From Octopus sinensis (taxonomy: Eukaryota): a DNA stretch of 64,000 bases. A program made the translations under genes and the position numbers. Of this stretch, positions 14,326-26,600 are shown piece after piece. The notes under the pieces were generated by a model. That model was not told the DNA's origin. It did not search any database and saw nothing but the letters and a program-made list of their open reading frames with translations. How positions within the stretch are numbered: the first letter of the stretch is position 1; each line of letters opens with the position of its first letter. The stretch covers positions 62,001 through 126,000 of the forward strand of contig NW_021833258.1 in the NCBI RefSeq assembly GCF_006345805.1, written 5' to 3'.

Positions 14326-15121
14326 AACTTGACTCATATCGACTTACACCTGAGGAATTAAAAAAAATAATCAGACAAAAGAAAGTGGCCATTTCTCTTC
14401 ATTTCAGGCTGATGCTGTCCTTGCATTCCAATTACTTATCCAATTCACAACGGCCATGCACTACTCATGAAGCAGGCTTTGGAAGATATCAAAGCACGTG
14501 GATATTCGAATCCAATTCTTTTACTTCATCCTTTAGGTTTTTCCCCCTTTTTAAACAAAATAAGGTGGTTGGACAAAAGATGACGACATTCCTCTCAATT
14601 TATGAATTACTCAACACGAGACCTGTTTCGAAGAAGGCGTATTTGATCCCAAATCGTCAGTTTTGGCAATATTTTTGTCACCAATGATTTATGCGGGACC
14701 TAAAGAGGCAGTAGAGAGCTTTTATTTGAATAGGTCCAATAGCACTGTAGGAGTAGAATTGAAGCAGGGGTGACTTTCTACATTGTAGGGAGAGATCCTG
14801 CATGAATCGGTCATCTCAAATGGATACAGACTTGTATGACCCATCTCATAAAGCTCAGGTAAACTTTAAAGTGAATTAATTTGAGATTTTAAAAATAGCC
14901 CGATATTTGGGAGGAGTAGAAATACTCCCATTTAAAGTTGTGGCTTTTAACAAAATCAAGATGAAAATGGACTTTTATAATACTTCTCAGAGCGATGATT
15001 TCATTTTTATTTCAGATACTAAAATGGGACATTTTGCAAAAAAAACAAAATTAATCCTCGTGACGGATTTATGGCCCCGAAGGCATGGGAAATAATATCC
15101 CAGTATTATATAAATGAGTAA
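14326..15121 (+). pseudogene. PAPSS: PAPS synthase ATP-sulfurylase domain, C-terminal part; unprocessed pseudogene with four micro-introns
   Basis: Spliced translation: RLTPEELKKIIRQKK|[32 protein letters not shown]|[37 protein letters not shown]|[32 protein letters not shown]|IL..VEILPFKVVAFNK..DFIFISDTKM..GFMAPKAW. Introns at 14385-14407, 14537-14564, 14708-14733 and 14859-14885. Several stops and frameshifts. Confidence 0.92.
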
Positions 15122-15279
15122 AACGAGTTTATTAATTAACCTAAATTAAAAAATTGTTCATAAAGAACGTTATTAGTGACTGAGTAATACTCAGTGAGTA
15201 TACTCGAGTTTTTTTGTGGAGAAAATTGAATAGTAAATATACTATAATTAAGATTTATTCAATTCTTTTTATTATATGT

Positions 15280-15570
15280 TGTCACTCGTGCCTATGTCCA
15301 GACGATCGTGATTAAAAAACTTTAGAGAGCATGCGTGCGGAATACAAACTCTTAGCTACAGCGGCGAATCATGCAATCAATGAACGACTGAGTGAAGAAA
15401 GCAGCCACCACGAGACATCGAAGAAACATGTAGAGGACACAAACGCTGTATCCCGGCCCATGAGTCTGTCAGAAGGAGGCGGATTGGAAGCAAAAAGAAG
15501 GAAGCCGGAAGCCAAATCATCATGATAAGATATTTTTCCATTTTAATTTACTAATTTGGATTTAGTTTTA
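15280..15570 (+). mobile_element. R4/Dong-like LINE extreme 3' end
   Basis: TRAYVQTIVIKK.LESMRAEYK..., homologous to the C-terminus at 5100-5360 and closely similar to 63470-63730. Confidence 0.7.
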
Positions 15571-16709
15571 CGGTTCTGAAATTTAATTTATATGTTGTCA
15601 AATATTGATGACGATAAATTTGTATCATCGCGTAATAAGACGCATATATTTAATTAGAACGTTTTTAATGTTCAAATAATGCATAAAGACAATTCTCGAC
15701 CATACGAATATTGGACTTATTGTGATGACCTACGAATGTTTATTCGACTTGTTCTTTATTTGGTTGGACTTGGTCTATTTTTGTATTATGGAATTTTATT
15801 TTTCCGTCGTTACATTTAATTTATTCTGTTAATGAAAATTTTTAATTTTTTCTATCTACAATTTTTTATTGTTAAGATTTTAAAGCTTTAGAAACTTTTG
15901 ACGGAATGAAATAAGTTTATAATATTAATTTATAGATTTACATAATTAAGTAAAAGCTCTATTCGAAATATCAGGGACATTCACAGAAAAACTGCAAATG
16001 CTGTAAAGTTCAGATGTACCGGATTAACTTGTTTTAATTATAATTGTCAATGACCACTATTTCAAATTTTGTTTTCAATAGTTTCAAAACTGTCGTTTAA
16101 ACAAATACGACAGCCAGTCGAATCAAATAAATTAAAACTAGTAACTTGAATTACATTTTTGCTTTTATTATTTTCAACAATGTTGACTTTGGTTTTTTAT
16201 TTTCTTTCCATTGTATTAGATTGACTCTTATTTCGAATTATGTCACTATCCAGAGAACGAACACTCCAGAAAATGGAAACTTTCAAAAATGTTATTTATT
16301 TAAAATATGTACATATAAAACATACCATAATTTCTCTAAGTCGCATTTTGAATTTGAAACTTTTGAAAAAATCATATAAACACCAAAACTAAGCTCACCG
16401 TATTTGTAAAAATTATTGAATAATAATCATATTGTTTATTATATTCTGAGGTTTTCCATTCTGATGGTTGGTGATAACCTTCATAGGAACCACATACGAC
16501 GTAAAAATTGCTTCTTCAAATGGATAAGCTAAATCTTATTGATTCCACTCAAACCGAATAACTTTCTTCATTTAACGGAATAATTCCAGAATAAGAAATT
16601 TTTCTAGAATGTATCACTAATAACTTAACTTGTCTAAATTAAGTTCCTTACGCAATTTCAACGCTTTACTGAAATATTTCAATCCTCCATCGAGAATTTC
16701 TTTAATAAT

Positions 16710-16922
16710 AGTGCTTTCTTCGCCGTAGGAAAGGAAGACCAACTGGACGATCTCAGCAACCCTTTTAAGGTAAGCCTTGAGAATGCAATCTTCTCTTAAG
16801 CTATTGAAAGCGTTGTGTAAATCGATCTTTACAGCTGCGTGGTAAGAGTTGAGTGCTCCGTTAGAGAAGAAAAGACTTTTGACAGTGTGAACTGCGGCTT
16901 CGCAACCGTTGGCGATCCTCAA
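16710..16922 (-). mobile_element. CRE-like RT fragment
   Basis: GCEAAVHTVKS...AVKIDLHNAFNSLRED (RT domains 2a-3). Confidence 0.75.
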
Positions 16923-17539
16923 AGAATGGATAAAGATTGAATAAAAATTAAATTAAAATGCGAAACCGCAAGAATAGTGCAAGTTGTCGAAATATGGTGC
17001 AGGTGTCAACGAATGGTTTACTCGTGAGCTTAAAACCCCGGAAATTCCTTCAGTTAAAAGGAATTGGGATAATATTTATTGTTCACACATACTTGAAACT
17101 ATCCACTCACACACTGAGTAGTTTCAGTTGGCAAGTATTAATTGCGCTTTTCAACCATTGTCCTTCCGCTCGGCGATTAATTTAAATTAAACTTCTCTCT
17201 TTCTTATATGTATGTTGAAAAATGAACACGCAGCCACAATTTAGTGCAGATATGAATTCACAAATAATTTATTCTCAAAAATAGTCAATAATGTCTGGCT
17301 GTATGGTTTAGTGCTGCAGCCTATCATAACTATAAAATAGTAAAATTGTGCGATTCATTACGAGCTTGCTATACAAAGGTAAAGGCAAGCTTCATATTTT
17401 GACGGTTTTATCGTTAATAAGATTCATTTACTTTAAAGATGAATAATTTTTTTTCAGATTTAAACAAAAATTTTACGTACACAAAGAAAAGTAACCTCCG
17501 AAAATACCATAATTTTTTGTCATCATTTTTTCCATTTTT

Positions 17540-18335
17540 TTATTTATTTAACCCAAGAATCACCAACAGTTAATTAGGGTAATTAATTAGGTAATTCCAA
17601 CAATCCTCAAAATCTTTCTCAGCTTTTCCCGATGTTGGACTCTGGACCCAACGAAAGTGCGGGACGGGCGGGGAGCAGTTTTTGTGAGGAATTGAATCGG
17701 GTGATGTGCTTTTGGTTGTTAAGGTCTTTTGGCAGGTGGTCTTGTTGGATGGCTAAAAAACCCTTTCCATCTTTCTTAATAAGATGGTCAAGCGGAGTGT
17801 AGTCTCAATTTTAAGGCGGTCAGACCATGAGAGATTAATGCCCCATGCGGCGCAGGCATAGCCAATTGTTGGTTCGATGAATTGTTTGTAGATTGTGTCA
17901 AGAGCCGGTAACGGTGTCTTTAGTACGCCAAAAATCGATTTGATTAGTCCAATCTTTCTCTGACTGGATCCGATGGCCTTCTCTAAATGGGTAATAAAAC
18001 ACATGTGGGTGTCAAAAGTGACCCCCAGAATTTTAGGGTTCTTTGTGAATGGGATCTTTTCGTTGTCCAGAAAAAGATCAACAGTACGGCTTCCAAGTCT
18101 CTTGTCCGACGTAAATAAGGTAGTGGACGATTTTTCGGGAGAGATGTTCATCCTGTTTTGATATAGCCAAGTTCGAATTTGTAATAAGAGATCTTGTAGT
18201 CTTTTGGAAGCTTTCGAGAGGTCTTGATCACGTGATCCAATGAGTAAATCGTCAGCGTAGACAAGAATGATTGAGTCTTCCATTTCAGGGTTAGGAATGT
18301 CGGATAGGTATAAATTGAATAGAGGAGGAAGGAGG
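17540..18335 (-). mobile_element. 5'-truncated jockey/CR1-like LINE
   Basis: ORF 17753-18283 with YADD, KILGVTFD and YKQFIEPTIGYACAAW; A/TAAA-rich tail near 17540. Confidence 0.88.
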
Positions 18336-18949
18336 GCGAGCCTTGGGGTCTAGTTGCAAAACCTTCCATTATAAACTGGGTTAATGTGGTAAAATGTTGC
18401 AACAACTGGTGAACCACATGACGCATTTAAAACAATAGCAAGTCAATTAAATTACAAAACTTACATTAACGAATTAGAGAAATTTCATTATAACTTCTAT
18501 TAAAAGAAATAAAATTATATTAATGACTAATCAACATTAATTAATTACTTGATTTATTTTTTTAAACCAGGGTTCACTGCACGTATGGGGAGATCCATGT
18601 TAATCCGCGGTTTTTAAAAGTTTTTAATTTCACTTTTTGAATGGAAAAATTTTAATATTTTGGATATATATGAAAGTTTAGGTTTAAAGGATGCGGTTTT
18701 TATATAAATTTAGCGTGGAATGAGATTAGTCTGGTTACAATCCAAAATTGATTTTTACATTTAAATTGGATGGAAAATAAGGTTGAAAAAATTGTATCAA
18801 AAAGAGTTTAGAATAGATTGAATAGATAGCTTAATTGTGGATTATGGAATTGCAGATCCTAAAAATAAAAAAGAATTTATAGACAAAGGATATAATAAAA
18901 ATGATATTTTAATGGAAAAACTTAAATGGAAGATTATAAACAAGAGGTT

Positions 18950-20800
18950 AATGAATCTTTGTTTGATATGCGTTGGGTCAAATGCTTTAGATAGGTCGAT
19001 TCTCATTATGTGGTACTCCTCTTTATATTTTTGTCACGAAGCACACATCCATTTGTGGCTCCAAACAGCATCGGAAGTTGATCTTCTAGAGACAAACCAA
19101 CTTTGGCTGGGTCCGATAAATTCACGCAGTGGGCCTTTAATTCTCTCCAAAGCAATTAGTGATAGGATTTTACAAAGTGAGTTGAGTAGTATGATTGGTC
19201 TTAAGCTGTTTAGCTTTCCTTTTTCCTTCCCAGCTTTATGTAAGGGGATTAACTTTCCGATTCCGATGTTAATTCTGGAGTATTCTTCAAAAGTTTTGTT
19301 CAAATGTAAGTAATAAGTTTTTGGAGCTCTTCAGGAGCATATTTCATGAGCTCTGCATTAACATTATCTGAACCTGGAGCTTTTGATCTGTTTAGTCTGG
19401 TCACAAATTTTCAAATTCCGTTAAGATAATTTCTTTAGATAGCTTTCTGGGCGCTCCATCGAAAGGGTAAAGCGTTTCTTCGTTTTCGAAATTGAAATAT
19501 TTTTCAAAGTGGTCGGCTATAGTGTCTGTGAGTTCCTGGTTGTTGTAAATAGTTCTTCCGAGTTCATCATGAACTGTTAGGTTTTCCGATTTCTTCTTTC
19601 GCGCTAGCATCTTTACAGAAGCAAACATTTGCGCTTCGTTTTTGTACTTTCCCATTTCATTTGCAAAGTTTCGTAGCCTTGTTTCGTAATTTTTCTGACA
19701 TTTTTTCTTGATTTCTCGCATGATTTTTTCTTTGGATTTTGAACTCAGCTGCTTTCACTTGGTTGTGGATGTTTATGTAGTGATACGTAGATTCTTTTGT
19801 AAATGAGAAAGGTGATCTATATGCAGGTCATGTATTCCTTTGAAGGTTTTGGGAATTGTCCCAATCGTATGTTTACCCACTGATTTTATTTTGTTTGCGA
19901 GTTTATTCCATATACTTCCAGCAGGTAAATTGAGATTGATCGATTCTTTTAGTTGAGTAGTTATTTCTGTAGACAGGATAGTTTCTTAAGAGTTCGACTG
20001 CAAATCTGGCTTCTCTGTGTCTGTTTTTGATTCTGTTAATCCAAAATCTTCTCTTTAGAAGAAGTTTGATTACCAATAGTTTATGGTCACTCGATGTTTG
20101 CGTTCCTCCATATGTTCTGGCGTCACAGAGTAAAGCTTTTTGTGATTGTCGCCACAGAATGTAGTCAATTTGGTTATATATTTTGATTGAATGTCCATCT
20201 GAGTTTCTGCGCTCTCCAATCCAGGTCGTGATATGCATTGCAGCGTGTTGGAATGCTGTGTTGCAAATGAATAATTGTTTATTGATCGCGAAGTTGGCCA
20301 TAGTTGCCCCAGACATGTTCCTCCAACCTCTCCCATGGGTACCCATGAAGCTCAGTTCTTTGGTCCCTTTTCCGATCTCCGCTTATGTAAAGTAGGATAT
20401 TTCCATAAGGGTCGTGGATAGTGAACTATAAAAGTCATCCAGTTCCGTCAGGTTTTAGAGACTCTTGGAGAAGTAGGCGCATATACATTTATAATTGTAA
20501 TTGTCGATTTAGATCCAGTTTCCAATTGAATTACGCAGATTCTGTCATTTACTTTCCATATTCTTTTTATATATTCTCGAAGTCTAATATCCTCCGCGAA
20601 CCCCATTCCGTAGTGGTGACAGTCCGAGGGGAGCAAGATAAGCTAATGGTCAGCATTTTGTCGTTAAGTCCTTCTTTGACTTTGGTCTCTTGCAGGCAGC
20701 AGATAGTGATGTTGTATCGTTTCAGATCCTTTTGACAGACGACTTCAGCCCTCGAACGTTGAAGGATGCTAGCGTGAACAGAGAGTTTGAAAAGGGTGAA
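18950..20800 (-). mobile_element. RTE-like LINE, APE endonuclease and N-terminal RT, decayed
   Basis: TLASFNVRGL (~20750-20780), LQETK, GMGFA..RICVIQL..INVYAPT, NQIDYIL..SDHKLL, APGSD, LRPIILLNSLCKILS, IDLSKAFD. Confidence 0.88.
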
Positions 20801-20814
20801 AAAGACATTAGTCC

Positions 20815-21210
20815 AATTTGAGGTGCGTCACTAACCTCAACCACAAAAAAATTAATCTCTACTCCAAGTACAATGTACACCCGTTGGACGAAGAAATAAG
20901 AAGTAATAGATGGGGCTTATTCGGTCACATCCTAAGAACGGACAGGAAAACTCCCGCAATGGAACACCACTACTCCCCCATCCGGGAACGATCTTCCGAG
21001 GAAGACCACGAATCACTCTAGCAACCCTCCTGCATCAAGATCTAACTTTAATTGGAAAAGGGTTGAAATCAGCAGACGATCTTGAGCACCTGAGGGAACT
21101 ATCGAGGAACAGAGGGACTTGGAAGCGATTAACAAAACGCATCCAGGAGAGGGTGACACAAGCGAGATAACTTTAACGTTATTTTGCGGTGTGCTTATTA
21201 ATAATAATGA
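20815..21210 (+). mobile_element. RTE-like LINE 3' end
   Basis: IRSNRWGLFGHILR, RGRPRITL..DL, RNRGTWKRL; (TAA)n tail near 21200. Confidence 0.8.
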
Positions 21211-21463
21211 ACTTTAGTGCCAGTTAAAAATTCTTTTCAGAATAATTCTAATCAAATTAAGTTTAAATTAGCCTTGAAGTGACTTATTTGTGATTAAAAA
21301 TTATTTTTATCAGGAAAAAACCTTAGACAGTGAATCAATGTTGGTTATAAACAAAATTAAGAGAAATCTAGAAAAAAAATGCAATAAGATTGGTTATTGT
21401 TCATTCTATCTTGTTTAGACGTGAAGGAGATTCTAATGTTGGTCTCAAAATGTCCAGTAAATA

Positions 21464-22703
21464 CAGTGACTCCTCTGAAATTGGCCACCTCTGAAATTGG
21501 CCACCTCTGAAATTGACCACACTTATAAAATTATCTTAAGAAAAATTCGAATTTCCATTGAAAGTGGCCAATTCTCAAATTGACCATAAATTTTAAAACA
21601 TATTTTATATAATTTGCAAATTAATAAAATTTCAGTTATTTTATGTCTTCGAACAATTCTCGTGGTAATTATACTCGTCTCACTTTTTATCAAAAAATAC
21701 AGATTTTAACTCATAAAAATCAAAATAAAGATGTTTCATGTGAGTATTTGGCTGATAGATTCGCAGCTGAATTAAAACTGGATAATTTTAAAAACTCAAA
21801 TGGATACCTTCATAAATTCAAAAAGAGGCATGGTTTTCGAATGACCAAGTTACATGGAGAAATGAGAACTAATGATCCAGTAGATGTCGACTTATTTATC
21901 GAAAAATTCATAGAAATATCAAAGAGTTATAATGCCGATCAAATTTATAACTTGGACGAAACGGGATTGCATTACAAGCTGATTCCTTCAAAGAGTATTT
22001 GTAGAAACAGATTTCAAGGATATAAAAATTTCAAAGATCTTGTTTCTATTATGCTATGTTCAAATATGAGTGGAAATCATAAATTGAAACCTGTGATGAT
22101 CTCGAAACCTAAAATGCCAAGATGCTTTAAATCTTGACTATAAATGTTTCATTGATTATTATAGCTCAAAACGAGCTTGAATCATGTAGTTGAAGTTCAA
22201 GATATTGCAGTAGAAAAAACTGACATTTTTGATCCCTTAGAAGTCGAAGAATTTCTTAATTTTGAATATTCTGAAAATGATACATTTCAAGACGTTGAGG
22301 ATATTGAAAATATAAAAAATGAAGAAGAAGTAGAAGCTGAAGTAGAATCCAATGAAGTAGAATCCAATGATTCAATTGACAAATAAGACATTGTGGTTTA
22401 GTTAACTAAAATTGAAAACGACCTCCTAAAAAACATTGAGAACGAACATGAAGTTCAATTGATTACATCCATAAGGCGCTATAAGGAAAATGTCATTAAA
22501 ACTCAAAAAAAGCAGATGGGCATCCAATTCTACTTTAAGAACATTAATAATGCTTAATTACTTAAAATTTTCTGGATAAAAGTTGTTCTTATTCAAAATT
22601 TAATTTACACAAAAGATTGATTTTATTTCTCAAATTGGCCATTTCTCGAATTGACCACAAAAACACGTGGAACCAAAAATGGCCAATTTCAGAGGAGTCA
22701 CTG
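21464..22703 (+). mobile_element. pogo/Tigger transposon, internally deleted
   Basis: Perfect TA-flanked TIRs cagtgactcctctgaaattggcca, with subterminal repeats of ctctgaaattggccac. ORF 21643-22137 (FKNSNGYLHKFKKRHG, IYNLDETGL, N.SG.HKLKP). Confidence 0.95.
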
Positions 22704-22705
22704 TA

Positions 22706-24780
22706 GTTGGAAAAAGGGAACACTACACCAGAGAGTAAAGCTTTGTATTGCTTTTTGAAAAATAAAAATTTGTTCTTTTCTGTGCGTGGTGCGCTGTGTG
22801 ATCAATGGAAGATAGCTAAGAAGACAGTAGATCACATAACTACGCAGTGCAACAGAATGCTAAACAGTGACTATGTGAGGAGACAGAACAAAGTTGTGAG
22901 ATGCATCTATTTGTACGTATGCAGACAGTTTGGAGTAAAGAAAACTGGAAAATTAAAATCCCAATCAGTACAATCTATTTTATCGATTTAAAATGTCGAG
23001 ATACATACCGATACATCAATAGATAGATACAGTCAAACCCCGTTTACTCGCCAAATTTGGGACCAAGCCAAAAATGGCGAGTAACTGAATTTGGCGAGTA
23101 ACTGAATAATCAATATCAAATTTTAATCAAATTTTATATTCACAAAATTAAAAATAATTAAACTAAATAATAAAAAAATCATTATTTCGAAAATAAAGAG
23201 TCAAATTACGAATTTAGACTAAAATAATCGTTCAATGTTGTTTTTTTAGTAAACGTCGTATCTTCGATTAATTGATTGATCATTTGAATTGCGTTAATAT
23301 TAAAAATATCGTCTTGAGTATAGTACTTTTTTATATTATGCAACATTTTAAACGCATCTTCATGATTTATTTCATTCGCAGGTGTTTTCTCTTCAAAAAT
23401 ACCACGTGTTTGTTTCTCATTTACGTCATCATCGTTTTTGAGGGATTCTTCCACTTCGTCTATTTCAGTGTACGTGTAATCAAGAAAATCTGTTTGTTCC
23501 ATTGGATCCAAAATATTCAATTGCTTTATTGTCTCCTCATATTTCTCAATCGTATAGTTAGAAGATTGAATTTGCTCTTCACATGGAATCCACTTAGCAT
23601 GCCTGAAACAATTTTTGATAGTTTCTTCGGTGACTTCATTTCAACCAAAATAGGTAAATAAAACTCCATCTTTAAGTGTTAAATTTTTGTATGATTCATG
23701 AATGCCATATCCGCATTCAATTTTCTGAAGAACTTATTGAATTTAGTTTTAAAGGAACGAATTATTCCTTGATCCATCGGCTGCAATATTGTTGAGGTGT
23801 TCGGAGGAAGAAAAAGAATTTCAATAAATTTTAATTCGATTAATATTTTATGTGATGGGCATTGGTCAATAATTAAAAGAATTTTTCTTTTTTAATTCAA
23901 TATCCCAATGATAAAGCCATTCATTAAAATTTTTTGAGTCATCCATGCTTTTGAGGAATGACAGTATTTTAAATATTGCAGGGAATTTCTAGTGCAGGGA
24001 ATTTTCCGCAAGATAAACGACTGTTTCCCCCAAAAATTGGATTAATAGAGGCTATTTCGCTTTTATTTATTTTTAGATCGTTTAGGCATCTTCTGGAAAT
24101 TTTTTTCTTCAAAATACTCGAGAAAATTGAGGCAATTCGATTTAAGCTAAGAACCTTATTTTCATCAATGAAATTTAAAATTCTTTGCTTTTCCTCAAAA
24201 GATAACCGAGTACACTTCCGCATGGTTAATAAATGTGGAAATTATTTTATTGTTTTAAATTAAACCATTTTATTTCAAATTAAAAATTAAAAATAGTGGC
24301 GAGTAACTGAAACTGGCGAGTAACTGAATTCTTCTTATAAAATTTGATTTTTCGTTAAAAAAGTGGCGACTAACTGAGGTGGCGAGTAAGTGGGGTGGCG
24401 ACTAACCGGGGTTTGACTGTATTTAAGTTCAGTTCAATAAGTCTGATATTTTTATCCACAAGTTGAAGAATGAGATTTCCATAATTGACTTGGAAATTAA
24501 ATCGCATGAGAGACTTAACAAACCAAAGTGGAAAAATTACATAAATATGATTTTCTAGCTGGGGCACCTGTGAAGATAATTCCAATATGCTGACGTGAGA
24601 CGGGGTAGTTTCAAAGTGTTACATAGGCTATATGGAAAAATTATCAGGTAAGGCCCGGCGAGAACATACATCCAGGCACTTGTGATGACAAAGACACTAG
24701 AAAACATGGTAGTAGAGCATAGGCATGATATTCATACGCCTCAAGAAATCATTACAGTAGGGGTGACGGCGCATTTCTTG
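22706..24780 (+). mobile_element. R4/Dong-like LINE fragment split by a Tigger insertion
   Basis: 22707-22991 (KKTVDHITTQCNRMLNSDYVRRQNKVVRCI) resumes after 24421 (VQFNKSDIFI; LT*DGVVSK; KTLENMVVEHRH). Confidence 0.8.
23030..24419 (-). mobile_element. pogo/Tigger transposon, internally deleted, nested in a LINE
   Basis: TA-flanked TIRs cagtcaaaccccgtttactcgcca / tggcgactaaccggggtttgactg. HTH ORF 23969-24223; LIIDQCPSH and FLPPNTSTILQPMDQGIIRSFK on the minus strand at 23750-23880. Confidence 0.95.
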
Positions 24781-25475
24781 GTCGATCGCCTTCGAATAAT
24801 TTTTTATTAGATATCCAATGGTTTTTAATATTTCTTTTTGAATTAAAATACGTCACTTTAATTTTTTTAGAACAAACTCCACTATACATTGATAAAGTAA
24901 TGGTTCATGCACTTCCAACAAAGTTTTATTCTAAACAACTCAAAATATACTTAAATACTATAAAATATGTGAAATACTATCAGATAGTCGAATAAATCAA
25001 GGCTTTAGAAATCTGTTAAAACTTTTTATAGACAAATATTTATTTTGAAATTTCATTCTTGTATTAATTCGCTAGAGCTACACTAATGGGCCATCTTGTT
25101 ATTATTACTTTCTGGCATAGTTTCTAGTCAATACTAGGCGAAAATATTGTAAGAAAATATTTTGGAGTCTTCAAGAGAGCTTTCCTTTCGTAATCTTGTG
25201 TAAATGTTTAAACAATAATATAAAAAGTGTAAAGATAGCAATGTATTAAATGAGACAGGTAATCATTTTCTATCTGACATTTATTCAATTTATTAAGGAA
25301 TCTAATTTCTGATTGATGGAAATTTATTTTAAGAAATGACTTAAGTAACTTGATTGTAAAAGATATCAAAATTACTGTCACTATATAATTGAAAGATTTA
25401 CATAATGACTTTGAATCAATCAGATCACGAAGTATTTGATATCCTTTTTAAGCTGACAGTAATTTCCCGTCAGAA

Positions 25476-26600
25476 ATGCTAAGCGATAATAAGAAGTTTT
25501 GTAAAATTGCGAAAAAAGTCCTGGAAAATAATAAAAATAAAGTTGGCTTCAAAAATAGCAACAATTCGTTATTTTGCTTCAGTCCGAATAATGCTGTGAG
25601 AAAATGGTGTTTGAAACTGATTGATTCAAAACCGTTTGAGTACTTTGTGTTGATTTCAATAATCGTAAACTGCATTTTACTTGCAATGAACACACCAGCC
25701 CCTAACGAAGATACAAATTCTGCAAATATCATTTTGGAACGAATCGAATATGTTTTTGTTGTCTTGTTTTCTCTTGCTTTTTATTGACTGATTATTGCTT
25801 TTATGTTTCTAAACACGTTTCTAATCTTGTTCGATCATCACGGCGAACCTGAATGGCTAACAGAATTCCAAGGTCATCAAATCTTTTAAAAATAGTTTTA
25901 GAAATCGGAAATATGTTTTTCGTCACTGTATTTGCACTTAAAGTGCTGTTTAAAATGTACGGACTCGGAACTCATGAATATTTTACCTCCTACTTTAATC
26001 AATTTGACTTGGTCGTTATGATTTGTAGCATTGGAGAATTATTTCTGTCCAAATTCCACGTGATGAGTCCTTTGGGATGAGTGCTACCAGACTCCTTCGG
26101 GTGTTTAAAGTAACAAGGTTTTGTTATTTTGATATTTCCAGGTATTGGACACCACTACGGAATCTTGTAATGTCTTTGGTGAGCAGTCTCAAGTCCATAG
26201 CAAGTCTGTTGCTGCTTTTATTCCTTTTGATAACAATTTTTTCGTTACTTGGAATGCAACTCTTTGGAGGGCGCTTGGACACTTCGGAAGGGAAAATTCG
26301 CAGCAATTTTGATGGCATTTGGCAGGCTCTGATAACCGTGTTTCAGGTTGATAGTACATAGTATTGCAGATATTGACCGGAGAAGACTGGAATGTGGTCA
26401 TGTACGCGGGAATCAACAGCTACGGAGGAATTTATTCTTCCGGAGCCTTGGTTGCACTTTACTTTGTGGTATTATTTATATGTGGGAATTGTATCAATTT
26501 TGAATTTTAATATTAAGACGTACTATTGAATTTATTTCTTGCAATAGCCGTGCATAATTTTACTGAGATGCAAACTGACTCAGACGCAAAAATCAAAGAA
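25476..26600 (+). pseudogene. L-type (Cav1) voltage-gated calcium channel alpha1 fragment; internally deleted unprocessed pseudogene
   Basis: Domain I S1-S2 (LFCFSPNNAVRKWC..KPFEYFVLISIIVNCILLAM..ERIEYVF) is fused directly to domain II S1-S6 (FY*LII..EPEWLTEFQ|[26 protein letters not shown]|[22 protein letters not shown]|[18 protein letters not shown]|YVLLNLFLAIAV). Introns at 25873-25901, 26118-26141, 26347-26369 and 26491-26517. Stop at 25785, frameshift near 26078. Confidence 0.92.

Noticed and set aside
25785-25787. TGA at a conserved Trp (FYW) suggesting a UGA=Trp genetic code
   Set aside because: Other Trp codons are TGG. PAPSS has TAG at a Trp and TGA at a Gly position, and both loci carry frameshifts, so ordinary pseudogene decay explains it.
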